Assembly: GCA_964503615.1 (NCBI GenBank)
Contig: CAZDBA010000003.1
Coordinates: forward strand, 216 to 64,215
Direction of reading: 5' to 3'
DNA: 64,000 bases
DNA from: an uncultured Pirellulaceae bacterium
Lineage (GTDB): Bacteria; Planctomycetota; Planctomycetia; Pirellulales; Pirellulaceae
Shown one piece after another: positions 63,687 to 64,000 of the stretch. Made by a program: the position numbers and the translations under genes. Numbering within the stretch: the first letter of the stretch is position 1; each line of letters starts with the position of its first letter. The notes under the pieces were generated by a model that worked only from the letters and a program-made list of their open reading frames with translations, did no database searches and was not told the origin of the DNA.

Positions 63687-64000
63687 TTATCGAGACAAGA
63701 ATTCGACAACGATGTTGGCGTCTACTGGCAAGCTGATGTCAGAAGCTCCCGGCTCACCACTGATGGTTGCCGTGAAAGTTTCCGAGTCGAACGAGCCCCA
63801 TTCGATTCCTGCCCCTTCGACACCAGTACCAACGATGCTGCGGTAAAGGTTAACCACGTTAGCCTTGGGCTTGAGCGTGATTACATCGCCAGGACGAAGC
63901 ATGAACGAAGGCTTGTCTACCTTTTGACCATTCACGCGAAAGTGACCGTGTGCGATCCCTTGGCGAGCTTGTGGGCGTGTATGGGTGTAACCCAAGCGAC
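63687..64000 (-). CDS. rpsD: 30S ribosomal protein S4 (C-terminal part; gene runs off the window end)
   Basis: ARQGIAHGHFRVNGQKVDKPSFMLRPGDVI (S4 RNA-binding domain). The frame stays open to base 64000. Confidence 0.85.
   Translation of the reverse strand, partial: RLGYTHTRPQARQGIAHGHFRVNGQKVDKPSFMLRPGDVITLKPKANVVNLYRSIVGTGVEGAGIEWGSFDSETFTATISGEPGASDISLPVDANIVVEFLSR

Noticed and set aside
1-64000. Search for CRISPR arrays, rRNA/tRNA genes, transposases, integrases, phage genes or known defence-system genes
   Set aside because: No spaced direct-repeat arrays, no rRNA/tRNA-like sequence and no DDE, tyrosine or serine recombinase motifs were seen in any ORF. The only repeats are the short ones listed above.

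Overview
Gene-dense 64-kb chromosomal segment with about 60 protein-coding genes on both strands. I recognised no rRNA, tRNA, CRISPR array, transposase or integrase. Several traits suggest a Planctomycetota (Pirellulales-like) genome, which is an inference: a PEP-CTERM protein, a dockerin-like gene remnant, many sensory kinases, a split coaB/coaC, and a permease-DtxR fusion of the kind known from Chlamydia.

Most of the window is housekeeping:
- Fe-S assembly tail (SufT-like plus Rieske)
- mtnA and an aminotransferase
- yicC-gmk-rpoZ-coaC
- secG-tpiA
- dprA, tatD
- phoH-pgpH-ybeY-corC
- lysA, map, lpdA, rpsD

Sensory and transport modules are interleaved:
- a Hanks kinase next to a STAS protein
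- an RND pump pair
- a hybrid histidine kinase followed by a REC-RsbW-like kinase
- FHA-GGDEF
- an ECF sigma factor
- an ABC-F protein

Loci worth a second look:
1. A CYTH (class IV cyclase-like) gene sits upstream of a membrane-anchored AAA+ ATPase gene. The ATPase gene is bracketed by a duplicated copy of the CYTH gene tail, and that remnant lies in frame after the ATPase stop.
2. A metal ABC importer operon has a permease fused to a DtxR/FeoA repressor (YtgCR-like). It also carries an embedded ORF with an acidic/His tail.
3. A tightly coupled minus-strand operon encodes exported PepC/bleomycin-hydrolase-like, pentapeptide-repeat and VOC proteins.
4. A roughly 225-nt unit bounded by a promoter and a terminator lies in a 1.3-kb ORF-free gap. 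It is a candidate sRNA or leader.
5. An Rdx/SelW-like gene is frameshifted inside its CxxC motif.
6. A 24-nt interspersed repeat occurs twice.

All functional calls rest on by-eye motif recognition. No database search was run.
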